64,000 nt of DNA from Eledone cirrhosa (Eukaryota): contig OZ024741.1 of assembly GCA_964016885.1 (NCBI GenBank), forward strand, positions 72,292,001-72,356,000, written 5' to 3'. Position 1 is the stretch's first letter, and every line of letters starts with the position of its first letter. Position numbers and translations under genes: made by a program. This document shows, piece by piece, positions 26,801 to 38,403 of the stretch. The notes below the pieces were generated by a model. It saw only the letters and a program-made list of their open reading frames with translations. It was not told the origin of the DNA and did no database searches.

Positions 26801-27648
26801 GAGGAAAATGGGCGACTGGCACATCGAATGTGCTCAGGCACTCACAGCCCTCTGGCAGGCGGACCCGGCGATCAGTGGAGACTCCACTTCGTCATTCTAT
26901 AGAGGGTTGGTCCGCAGCAAGTGCGACGACGCGCTCGGTGAAACTCTAGGCGTAGAGGAAGATGAACTGGCCAGTCTGTTCGGTAGGACCTTCCGCCCGG
27001 GACCGATGGACAACTTCCAAAAGTCCCTGGCCTGGCAGTGCTACCGAGGAGCTCTACCAGTTCGAGACAAGCTCTACAGACATGGGCGCCCGGGTAGGGA
27101 CCCTGCAAAAAAGATCTGTCCGAGGTGCGTGCGAGACGAAGAAACCGTCGCGCACGCATTCATACACTGCCCGGGCGTCACTGACCTGTGGGGCTATGTA
27201 GAACGACTATTGTCGCGGGTGGGACCAATCCAGTTGACCACCGAGTCCATTGTCATGATCAAACCACCACCCTCCTTCAAAAACGAAGGAGAGGCGGTTT
27301 TCCTTTGTGTGATAGCTATGGCGAAAGAGGTTGTATGGTGGACAAGGTTGAAAGGGCTGAGGTCAGACACCTTTCTCTCCGGCCAACAACTGATTCTTTT
27401 TTTCAAATACCACTTTGGAAGAAGAATCAGGATGGAGAGAGAGGTGCTGTACCCCAGCAAGTTTTATGAAAGGTGGGTGAAAGTGGCGAGAATGGCCCGA
27501 GTGAATGGGCCTTCTCTCTATATCAGCCTGTAGGTTGAGGAAAAGGAGGAGGAGAGGAAAGGAGTACAAGCTCTTCGTACTCCTGGAGATGAGGGTTGCA
27601 CATTTTTTTTCGGGGGTATGTGTTACCCATATAAACTGTCTCCCTCTA
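23875..27648 (+). mobile_element. Tx1-like copy B: 5' UTR and frameshifted ORF1 fused to RT (endonuclease deleted), 3' end clipped
   Basis: ORF1 pieces 24071-24499 and 24673-25245 (CYHCFSRGHLRASC knuckle). The sequence jumps at ~25460 to LSQCGKRKSP (RT). An 8-nt deletion lies at 26720. ORF2 stops at 27533 and there is no (TATC) tail. Confidence 0.92.
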
Positions 27649-27675
27649 TAGATAGAGCTGGTTTTAAAAGACGTC

Positions 27676-28887
27676 ATGAAGGACATCACCTTCATTCAGA
27701 AGGATAGACTCTACGGGAGTCTATCCATTCTCATGAAGGACAGGGACACAGCAGTGAAACTGTCCATCAAACCAATCACATCCACCGCATACACCTTCTA
27801 CCCTACGTACATGGGTAGAAGAACACAAAAAATAAAAATCCACACCATCCTGCCGATTATGGACATATGGTGGGTTTTGACAGGTTTCCTGGACCTGGAG
27901 GATGACATGCTGGTGTCCATGGGAAAGGCATCGGGTGACGCGTTCAGTGGAACGAGCCTCGAACTTGTAGTTCAAATGAGGCCCGAAAGGATCGCCCAGA
28001 TCCCTGAACGCGTGATACTGGATGATCTATCCTTCATCAACATTACCGTTGAGGGTAGACGGCCCTCGTGTTACCTCTGCGGAACCAGAGGTCACCTGAG
28101 GGCTATCTGTCCCCAACTTAATAAGAAAACCCCAATCCTGCCTACACCACCAACAACTGCACAACCAACACAATCACCACAACTACCACTACAAAAACAA
28201 CCACCACAGCCCAAACCAAAACAAAACAATGTCCAACCCATCCCCTCCACTCAAAAAACAAAAACAATTTCCAAAACACCCGCACCGCAAACACAACCCG
28301 AAAATATACCCCTCCCCTCCAACGCGGAAGATGACCCTAGTTCGTCGTCAGACGAGGAGGAGCACTTCCACACAATCAAAAGAAAAAAAAGAAAACACAC
28401 CTCAGACACACAAATGAAAACAACCCCTCCCCAAAATATAACACTGACACCAACACAAAAGAGCTCACAACAACAGCAAACAAAAAACACCACACAAAAA
28501 CAAAAACATGCATACACATACATAAACACAAGAAACAAAAAACTGTTAAACATTGTGTACAACAATCTAATAAAAACACAAGGGCCTAACTTCACCCAGG
28601 CAGGGGATTTCCCCCACCTCAAAATGATTAAGGCCCCACAGGACACCTATAAAACTTTAAAAAACAATTTTAAAGAGGACGTGGGTCCCCCCTGCGTCGG
28701 GCCCATTAACCGCGTCCTCCTAAAAAACTACCCCACCCCCTCCCCAAACACCCACACAACTCCAAGCTCCCCAACCACACAACACACTGATGCCCCTACA
28801 CTTCCACAAACCACTACCCCACCCAACAACCCATCCCCCACCCTAATGGAAATTGTGCAGCCCGATACCCGGGACGCAGAGAGGTAA
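27676..28887 (+). CDS. ORF1 (gag-like, CCHC zinc knuckle, Pro/Gln/Thr-rich linker), N-terminally truncated
   Basis: CYLCGTRGHLRAIC = CX2CX4HX4C; homologous to ORF1 of copies B, D and E. Confidence 0.85.
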   Translation: MKDITFIQKDRLYGSLSILMKDRDTAVKLSIKPITSTAYTFYPTYMGRRTQKIKIHTILPIMDIWWVLTGFLDLEDDMLVSMGKASGDAFSGTSLELVVQMRPERIAQIPERVILDDLSFINITVEGRRPSCYLCGTRGHLRAICPQLNKKTPILPTPPTTAQPTQSPQLPLQKQPPQPKPKQNNVQPIPSTQKTKTISKTPAPQTQPENIPLPSNAEDDPSSSSDEEEHFHTIKRKKRKHTSDTQMKTTPPQNITLTPTQKSSQQQQTKNTTQKQKHAYTYINTRNKKLLNIVYNNLIKTQGPNFTQAGDFPHLKMIKAPQDTYKTLKNNFKEDVGPPCVGPINRVLLKNYPTPSPNTHTTPSSPTTQHTDAPTLPQTTTPPNNPSPTLMEIVQPDTRDAER

Positions 28888-28911
28888 GTGCCTTTTCTCT
28901 TCACCACCAAC

Positions 28912-31900
28912 ATGGCTATGCTAAGAGTAGGCTATTTAAATGCGCGTGGCCTGGGCTCAACTTGGAAGCAAGCAATGCTTCTAAATGACCTCAGGTCACA
29001 ACGTATAGATGTGATGGTTATTTGCGAGGCCCGGATCAGCAACCTGCGACAGCTGGCCCCCACCTTTGATGACTTTGAGATGCACGCATCTCTCTGTCAG
29101 CCCGGAGATGGGGGTGGAGTTGTCGTTCTGCTGCAAAAACATCTGGGTCTCGCAACACAGATGGTACATTTGGACCCGGAGGGTCGACTAGTGGTTCTGG
29201 ACCTTGGCAGTGGTAAAGGCGGAGCGTTTAGGTTGGTAGCCGCCTACGGCCCTTTCGGGTCAATGCGGCCGGACTTCTTCCATCGTCTGGAGACTTTTCT
29301 AGGGACGTCCCGCTCCTTGCTATTAGTGGGGGACTGGAATGGTATCCTAGATGCACGCTGGGACTACGTAGGGGCCTGCCCCGATAGAGAGGGGTGTAAT
29401 AGCCTCAAAGGGTTAATCGGTCGATTTGACCTGGCCGATAGATATCGACTAGATTTTCCGACTGCGCCAACCTGGATTGGGCAAATCGTAGCGGATCATC
29501 TAGGTCGTACCTAGATAGGTTCTTAGTTAGAATTAAGGATAAGGACTTTTTAAGTTGTCCAAAAATGCGCATGGTTGGCTATTCAGACCACAAATTAGTG
29601 AGCTGCATGGTCAACCTTGACAGAACTCATAGACAGGGACCCGGTTACTGGAAGCTCAACTTGTCCTTACCGGCAAGTAAGGCTTACAGGAACCGGATTA
29701 GCACTTTAGTTAAGGAGCGGTTGACGGGCGCCATCGTCAACAGCAGGTGGTGGGGATCTCTCAAAAGAGAGATTAGAGTAGTCTCTATAGAATTTAGTAA
29801 GGAGTTAGCCTCAAATAGAAATAGGAAGGAAAGGGAGTTGGTAGATAGTGTAGAAGGGGCAATTAGAAGCGGCGACGTGGCCAGAGTGCTAGCGTCGAGA
29901 ACGGCCCTGGGCCAGTTCTTCGACGCGAAACACGAAGGCTGCATCGTCCGAAGCAAAATACGTGCTCTGGGAAACGAGGGGACCAAAGCTGTTAGCTGGG
30001 CCCGCGTGACAGAAGCCAAAAGAGGGAGCAGATCCACTATCCGGTATTTGCGAGACTAGGATGGACGGGTGATCCTTAAACCTAAGCAGATGTGCGAGGC
30101 TTTTCAAAAGCACTTTGCCGGATTGTTCGGAAGGGGCGGGGGGCCGGTTGGGGACGTGGACTTCGGTCCATACCTCGACGGCCTGCCGCGTCTCTCGGAC
30201 AGGGAGGCGAAGTCCTGCGAGGAGCCGATTTCAGCCGCTGAGATAGAGGACGTGCTGAGCCAATGCGGCAAACGCAAATCCCCGGGTCTCGATGGTCTTC
30301 CATACGAACTATATCTAGCTATGCCGGGCTTGTTCCCCGAAATCCTCGAGGCGGTCTACTGCAACTGGCAACAGAACGGGAGAATTCCCTGTGCTGTGAC
30401 CAAGGGCGTAGTCACGCTAGTGAGGAAGGACGAGAACAAGGGGGACGATATAAATAATTTCAGGACCATAACTCTGCTAAATACAGAGTTACAGATTTTG
30501 GCCAAGGTGCTAGCAAAGAGGTTGGCGCTTGTCGTGGGCAACCTGGTGGGAGATGCGCAGACATGTGCTATCCCGTCCAGGTCCATCCACGATAACCTCC
30601 ACCTCATGCGATACATCATAGAGAGGGTTGGGAACGAACCCGGCTTTGGTGGGGCCCTGATCAACTTGGATCAATCTAAGGCATTCGATAGGGTCGACCA
30701 TGGTTACCTGGATGCGGTGCTAGCGGCGGCAGGCTTCGGACCCGTTTTCAGGGGCTGGATCAACGCCATGCACAGCAGCCGCATCTGCTCTAGGGTCAAG
30801 GTGAACGGCTACCTCTCGGAGCCCTTCGAAATCGCGCGGTCCATCCGACAGGGGTGCCCTCTCTCCTCCCTTCTGTATGTAATGACTCTAGAGCCACTGC
30901 TGCGGAAGTTGGAGTTGTTGCAGGGCATCCCGTTGGAACCGGGATTGCGGAAAGCGGTGTCAGCCTACGCCGATGACGTAACAGTAATGGTGTCGACGGC
31001 CTCGGAAATCAGGGCGATCGGCACCTTACTGGAGGAGTACGAAAGGTTTACAGGGGCTAAGCTGAACCGGGACAAGTCGATCGGTCTGCAACTCGGCACG
31101 TGGAGGGGCAGATCGATGCCCTCCGATGGCGTCGTCGGGCGCTGGACGGAGGGCCCGGTGAAGTTGCTCGGGGTCTGGTTCGGACCAGACCTCCAGGTGG
31201 AGAAGAACTGGGGTGAGGTAATCAACAGGGTGTTTGCACTGACCCAGAAGTGGGCCGAGTGCAAACTGTCCCTGAAAGGACGGGCGGAGGTGGCGAACAC
31301 TTATATAGCGTCCGTCATCTACTACCTCCTGACCGTTGTGCCTTGCCCAAGGGAAACGCTCGCCAAAATGGAGCGCGCACTCTTTCAATTCCTTTGGAAG
31401 AAGCGGGCTCCTATGGTGAGGAGATCCATCTGCTGTCAACACCCTTCGAAAGGAGGACTGGGGGATGCCGTGGCTAATGATACGTAAACACGCATTAAGG
31501 CTACGGCACCTTCAGGTATTCCTCTCCGGTCAACCGGTGTGGGCCCCGTTTATGAGGCGAGCCTTTCCCAGACTCGTCTCACTCACCGAGATGCAATCCT
31601 GGGTCAAGCAAAGACCGAGAAAACTGGGCGCCTGGCACACCGAGTGTGCCCAGGCACTCACGGCTCTCTGGCAGGCGGACCCGGCTGTCAGTGGAGAATC
31701 CACCTCGTCATTCTATAGAGGGCTAGTGGTTAGCAGGTGCGACGACGCCCTTGGAGAAGCCCTAGGCATGGAGGAAGACGAACTGGCCAACCTGTTCGGT
31801 AGGACATTCAGCCCGGGACCCATGGATAACTTCCAGAGGTCCCTGGCCTGGCAATGCTACAGAAGGGCTCTGCCCGTTCGAGAAAAGCTCTACAGACACG

Positions 31901-32349
31901 GGCGCCCGGGTAGGGACCCATCGAAAAAGATCTGTCCCAGATGCGTGTGCGACGAGGAAACCGTTGCACACGCATTGGTACACTGCTCGGGCATTGCCGA
32001 TCTGTGGGGTTATGTCGAACAACTGCTGTCAAGGGTGGGACCAATCCGGTTGACCACCGAGTCTATTGTAACGATCAAGCCGCCTCCCCTCTTCAAAAAC
32101 GAAGGAGAGGCGGTGTTTCTGTGCGTAATAGCCATGGCGAAAGAGGTTGCATGGTGGACGCGTCTGAAAGGACTGAGGTCAGACACCTTTCTCTCTGGCC
32201 AACAACTGGTCCGTTTCTTCCGATATCATTTCGGAAGAAGGATCAGGATGGAGAGAGAGGTGCTGCACCCCAGCTGTTTCTATGAAAGATGTGTGAAAGT
32301 GTCGAGAATGGCCCGTGTGAATGGGCCTTCACTCTACATCAGACTATAG
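28912..32349 (+). pseudogene. ORF2: APE endonuclease, RT and C-terminal zinc finger; two frameshifts and one in-frame stop
   Basis: LNARGL, GDWN, SYLDRF and SDH (APE); KSPGLDG, LDQSKAFDRV, RQGCPLS and YADD (RT). Frameshifts at ~29475 and ~31462; TAG at 30057. Confidence 0.93.
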
Positions 32350-32613
32350 GTGAGGAAGATGAAAGACCAAGGGAGCACCTCTTCTCTGTGCTCCTGAGGA
32401 GAAGGGTTGCACACTTTTTTCGGGGGTGTGTGCGACCCCCCAAGGCGCCTCCTCTCTATTGAGGACTTTGTTATAAATTATATTTTTTGTTATATTTTAT
32501 TTTATTTTTATATATTGTTATTGCCTCCTCCTTATTGAGGACGCCTTGTTTTGTAAACTCCCCCCATTGTACTTGTCCCACTTTTGATGCCCTGGTGGCA
32601 AATAAAAGAAACA

Positions 32614-32698
<85 letters not shown>

Positions 32699-32706
32699 CT
32701 CTACCT

Positions 32707-35700
32707 GACGCGTGGAACATCGCCGGTAAGATTTTTTGTCAATTTATAAGAAAAACAGAACAAATTGTTTGAAAAAACATATTATTTTGTAGATTAACCC
32801 CCAAGCCGAATTGTCAGCTGGGTGGTAATCCCATTTTTCGCTCCTTTAGGGGCGTAAATTTAATTTACAAATTGTTTTAAAATATCAAATTTTGCCAACT
32901 ATAAAACATGAATAACACGAAGTGAACGCTGGAGAACGTCGACAGAGAGAGAAAAAGAGAGAGAAAAAGGCAGATTTTAACGTTATATCTGCTTCTGCTA
33001 CTATGGACGTCGCCATAGATACGACTGTCAACAAAGGGAAAAAAATATTGCCACTTGAAGATTGTACAATTTCTACCGTCGAAGCGGAGAAAAATGAAAA
33101 CACAGGAATTAAACCCATTAACATACATACACATGAAAAAAAACAACATCAACAACTCCACAGATACATCTACACATAAAGTTTCACCTCATCAAGGAAC
33201 TGAGATTTCCAACACCGAGGCTAACAACGATAACAACAACAACAACAACAGCAACACCACACGAAAAAAAAAATGTCTTTCGCTGAAACAGTGAACAAAA
33301 AACAAGATTTTATAAATCTTGACAACTCCAATGCAAGAGATATGCTCCAGCAAGGGAGAAAATTTGTAACTTTCGAAGAGAAGGGTGGATTTAGAATTAA
33401 CTCACCCCTCGAAATAAAAGAAGACACAGTTCGAAGGACCTTTAGGACTGTGTCCAATACCACGAGAAAGCCGATATTTGTTAGTCAAGGAGATATAGAA
33501 GATACCTTGAAGGAAATTCTAGCAAATATCGACTTTCTCCAACGAGGAAAACAGTACGGAAGTGTTTCCGTACTGTTTGAAAGCGAGGCATTCGCCCCAA
33601 AACATTCTGTGACACCAATGGTGTCAAAAGCATTCACCTTTTTCCCTACATACATGGGAAAAAGGACAAAAAAAAAATACCACCAAAGATTAACATCTGG
33701 TGGATCTTGGCTGGCTTCGTAGAGCCAGAAACTGATATGATTCTTTCGATACGAAAGTCTATTCGACAAAGGTGGGCGAGTACTGATTTGGAGATTCTGT
33801 TGCAAATGAGGCCGGAGAGAATCTCCAAAATACCCGACAAAGTCGTCATCGACGACAACAACAAAATAAACATTTCGGTAAAAGGACGAAAATTTCATTG
33901 CTTTCGCTGTGGTAGCACAGCACACCTAAAAGCCTCCTGTCCTTCACAAACACACCACAACAACATCATTAAAAAAACACTATTACCAACACCCACACAA
34001 CCACCACCACCACAAGTACAACAACATACGAAACGAGCAACCACACCAAAACAAACAGCCACTCAACCAACAACACAGAAACAACAAAGACAACACCCCT
34101 GAAGAACACAGCCCCACCCATCCCACTCCATCAAACACTACCACAAACACACACACCGAAACACCACCGCCACACAACATACCCCTATCCCACACTCCTG
34201 ACGATGATTATTCATCGACGGATGAAGCTGCTTCTCCTTCTTTGAAATGAAGAAGAGGGAGAGCCGCGGAAATCTAAAAACCCCAAAAAGAGACACCATA
34301 AAACCCCCAAAACTCCAACCACCAACACTAACACACAACCACAGACAAACAACAACACAAACAACACCACAGTCAAACATCCCTCTACCAGCAAAACCAA
34401 CACCAACACCACCCCAAACACCAGCACCCACCATAAAAAGAAAACTCCCGGACGAACAACAAATTAAAACAACACAACAAAGGCACAAACAACAATATGT
34501 ATACATCAACACAAACAACAAGAGTTTGATGGAGGTCATCTCCCAAAACCTCAAGGTGGAGACGGAGGTCAAAACTTTCGTCAAGGCAGAATCGTCTCCA
34601 CAACATCAACTTATAAGGATTTCTATGGAAACCTATAATGACCTGAACAATAAATTTTCACAGGACGTGGGCAACCCCTGCCAGAAACCCATCAACTGCG
34701 TCCTGTTAAAATGTTTCCCCACCCCACCCAACACCCCATCCAGCACCCAAATGGAGATTGAACAACTCGATCTCCAGGAAACGAAAAGGTAAGTGCACCT
34801 TTTCGCCCCTTTTCTCCAACTTTTCTTCACCAACATGGCTAGTTTACGAGTTGGAAGCGTGAATGTGCGTGGCCTAGGGATATCCTGGAAACAGGGCCAA
34901 CTTTTAAACGACCTTAGTTCACACGGTATGGATGTGATAGTCATCACCGAGTCCAGGATCCACAACAGGCAGCAACTAACCCCCATCTTCGACGACTTTG
35001 AGATCTACGCATCTCTCTATCAGCCAGGAGGTGGAGGTGAAGTGGCTGTCATGTTTCGGAAGAACCTGGATGTCGAAGTACAGCAAGTACACTTGGACCC
35101 GGAGGGTAGACTAGTAGTCCTAGACGTGAACATTATTGGAGGTGGAGCCTTCAGACTGGTGGCCGTTTATGCCGTTTAGGCCGTTTATGCTCCGACCGGG
35201 CAATCGCAATCACGGCCAGACTTCTTTAAGCGTCTAGAGTCTTTCTGGGAACATCTCGCTCCTTACTTTCAGTGGGGGACTGGAATGGTATCCTAGATGA
35301 ACGATAGGACTATGTGGGAGCATGTCCCAGTAGAGGGGGGAGGGTGCAACAGCCTCAAAACTTTAATCGGCCAATTCCAACTGGCCGATAGGTATCGACT
35401 GGATTTCCCGACTGCACAACAGTGAACGTGGGCAAACCGCAGCGGGACATCTAGATCGTATTTAGATAGGTTCTTCATTAGAGAAAGGGACAAGGAGATG
35501 TTAAGCTGTCCACGAATGCACATGGTTGTCTACTCAGATCACAAATTAGTCGTCTGCTTAGTCAACCGTGATAGAATACATAGGCAGAGAGTTAGCCTTA
35601 GAGACAAACAGAATAGAAAGAGAACTAGTAGCCAAGGTAGAGGAGGCACTTAGAAGTGGCAACGCGGTTAGAGTATTAGCGTCGAGAACGGCACTAGACC

Positions 35701-38392
35701 AGTTCTTCGAGGCGAAACACGAAGGCTGCGTGGTCAGAAGCAAAACACGTGCTCTAGGAAACGAAGGAGCGAAAGCTGTCAGTTGGGGCTGAGTGGCGGA
35801 GGCGAAAAGTGGCAACAAGTCCACGATTCGGTCTTTGAAAGACCAAAACGGACGCGTGGTATTGACCCCAAGCAAATGTGTGTGGCCTTTCAGTAGCACT
35901 TTGCGTGACTGTTTGAGCAGAACGACGGTGAGCCGAACGGGGTAATGGACTTTAGTTCATACCTCGACGGCCTGCCGCGTCTCTCGAACACGGACGCCGA
36001 GTTCTGCGAAAGACCGATCACGGACACTGAGATACGGGACGCTCTGGGCCACTGCGGGAAACGTAAGTCACCAGGTCTAGGTGGTATACCCTATGTGTTT
36101 TACATAAGCATGCCGGACTTGTTCTCTGGCGTCCTCGAAGCCATCTACTGCAATTGGCAACAGAACGGGAGAATTCCCAGTTCTGCAGGCAAGGGCATAG
36201 TAACGATGATCAGGAAAGACGAGAACAAGGGGGACGAAATTAACAACTTCAGGCCCATCACTCTGCTCAACACAGAGTTAAAGATTTTGGCCAAGGAGCT
36301 AGCGACGAGGTTGGCGCTTGTCGTCGAGAACCTGGTAGGGAAAGCGCAAAATGTGTGCAATCCTGACCAGGTCCATACACGACAACCTCCACCTCATGCG
36401 ATACATCATAGAGAGGGTGGGTAGTAAATCCGGCTTCGGTGAGGCTCTGATCAAGTTGGATCAGTCTAAGGCATTCGATAGGGTCGACCATTGATACTTA
36501 GAAGCGGTTCTCAAGGCGGCTGGTTTCGATCCTGTTTTCAGAGGCTGGATCGAGGCGATTCACACCAGCATCTGCTCGAGGGTGAAGGTGAACGGCTACC
36601 TATCGGAGCCGTTCGCAATCACGCGTTCCATTCGACAAGGGTGCTGTCTCTCCTCCATTCTGTATGTATTGACTCTAGAGCCACTACGACGGAAATTGGA
36701 GCTGTTGCAGGGCATCCCTTTAGAACCGGGATTGCGCAAAGCGGCGTTGGCTTATGCCTACAACGTGACAGTAATGGTGTCGAGCACCTCGGAAATCGAG
36801 GTGATCGGCAACTTACTGAAAGAATACGAAACGCTGACGGGAGCAAAACTAAACCCGGACAAGTCTGTCGGTTTGCAACTCGGTACGTGGAGAGGTAAAC
36901 CGATGACGTCCGACAGCGTCGTTGGACGCTGGATGGGTGCACCGGTGAAATTGCTCGGGGTCTGGTTCGGTCCAGACCTCCAGGTGGAGAAAAACTGGAA
37001 CGAGGTCACGGCCAAGGTGTTTGCGCTCACCCAGAAGTGGGCAGAGTGCAAACTGTCCTTGAAAGGTCGAGCGGAGGTGGCGAACACTTTCATAGCGTCC
37101 GTCATCTATTACCGCTTGACTGTCGTGTTTTGTCCCCGTGAACACCTCGCCAAGATGGAACGCATGCTCTTCCAGTTTCTGTGGAAGAGGCAGGCTCCGC
37201 TGGTGAGGAGATCCGTCTGCTGTCAGCACCCTTCCAACGGAGGGCTGGGAATGCCGTGGCTGATGATGCGCAAACATGCGCTGAGGCTGCGGCATCTCCA
37301 GGTATTCCTCACAGACCCCCAACCGGTGTGGGCACCGTTTGTGAGACAAGCTTTCCCACAGCTCGTCTTGATGACGGAGCTGCAGCCCTGGGTCAAGAAA
37401 AGACCGAAAACGATGGGCGCCTGGCACATTGAATGCGCTCAGGCGCTCACAGTCCTCTGGCAAGGGAGCGCAGCAATCAGTGGAGACTCCACTTGACATT
37501 CTCTAGAGAGATTGTACGTTACAAGTGCGACGACGTGCTCGGAGAGACTCTGGGTGTCGAAGACGATGAGCTCACCAGTCTGTTTGGTAGAATTTTCCGC
37601 CCAGACCTATGGACAACTTCCAGAGGTCCCTGGCCTGGCAGTGCTAACGAGGAGCTCTACCGGTTCGTGACAAGATCTACAGGCACGGACGCCACGGCAG
37701 GGATCCTTCCAAGAGGACGTGTCCAAGATGCGCGCAGGACATTGAAACAGTCCTGCATGCAATTGCACACTGCCCGGGATTAACCGACCTGTGGAACTAT
37801 GTAAAACAACTGCTGTCGCGTATGGGACAAATCCAGTTGACTGCCGAGTCCATAGTAAGGATCAAACCACCAGCCTCTTTCAAAAACGAAAGAGAGGCGG
37901 TTTTCCTCTGTACAGTGGCTATGGTGAAAGAAGTTATATGGTGGACGAGATTGAGTGGAATGAAGACAGATGCCTTTCTCTCCGGACAACAATTGATTCC
38001 CTTCTTTAAGTATCACTTTAGAAGGAGAATCAGAGTGGAGAGAGAGGTACTGCACCCCGGTAAATTTACTGAAATGTAGGTGAATGAAGCGAAAATGGTC
38101 CGAGTGATTGGGCCTTCTTTGTTTATATGCCTGTAGGTTAAAGAAGAGAGCAAAAGGAAGAAAGGTGCAATTGCACAACACGCTCCTGGAGTTGAGGGTT
38201 GTTCTATCGACGGGGTATTAAACAACTCATTTGTGGCGCTTCCCCCCTATTGGGGATTTCGATTGTTGTAATTGTTTGTTTTATATTTTTTACACGACTG
38301 TATGTAAAATCCCCGGCATGTCTTTGTATTGACTCCTTTTCTTGTGCGTACTTGTGGCAAATAAAGAAATCTATCTATCTATCTATCTATCT
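32707..38392 (+). mobile_element. Tx1-like copy D: near full-length, most decayed, distinct subfamily
   Basis: 5' GACGCGTGGAACATCG. ORF1 fragments ~33055-34792 (CFRCGSTAHLKASC). ORF2 34835-38136 has many stops and YADD changed to YAYN. Confidence 0.93.
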
Positions 38393-38403
38393 CGTATAGT
38401 ATA

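Larger units (their letters stand above)
27649..32698 (+). mobile_element. Tx1-like copy C: 5'-truncated ORF1 plus complete but disrupted ORF2
   Basis: ORF1 27676-28887; ORF2 28912-32349 with APE, RT and zinc-finger domains; (TATC)n tail. Confidence 0.95.

Noticed and set aside
21946-27648. LTR retrotransposon interpretation of the near-identical A and B segments
   Set aside because: The repeats are ORF2 coding sequence of LINE copies; there are no TG..CA ends, PBS or integrase.
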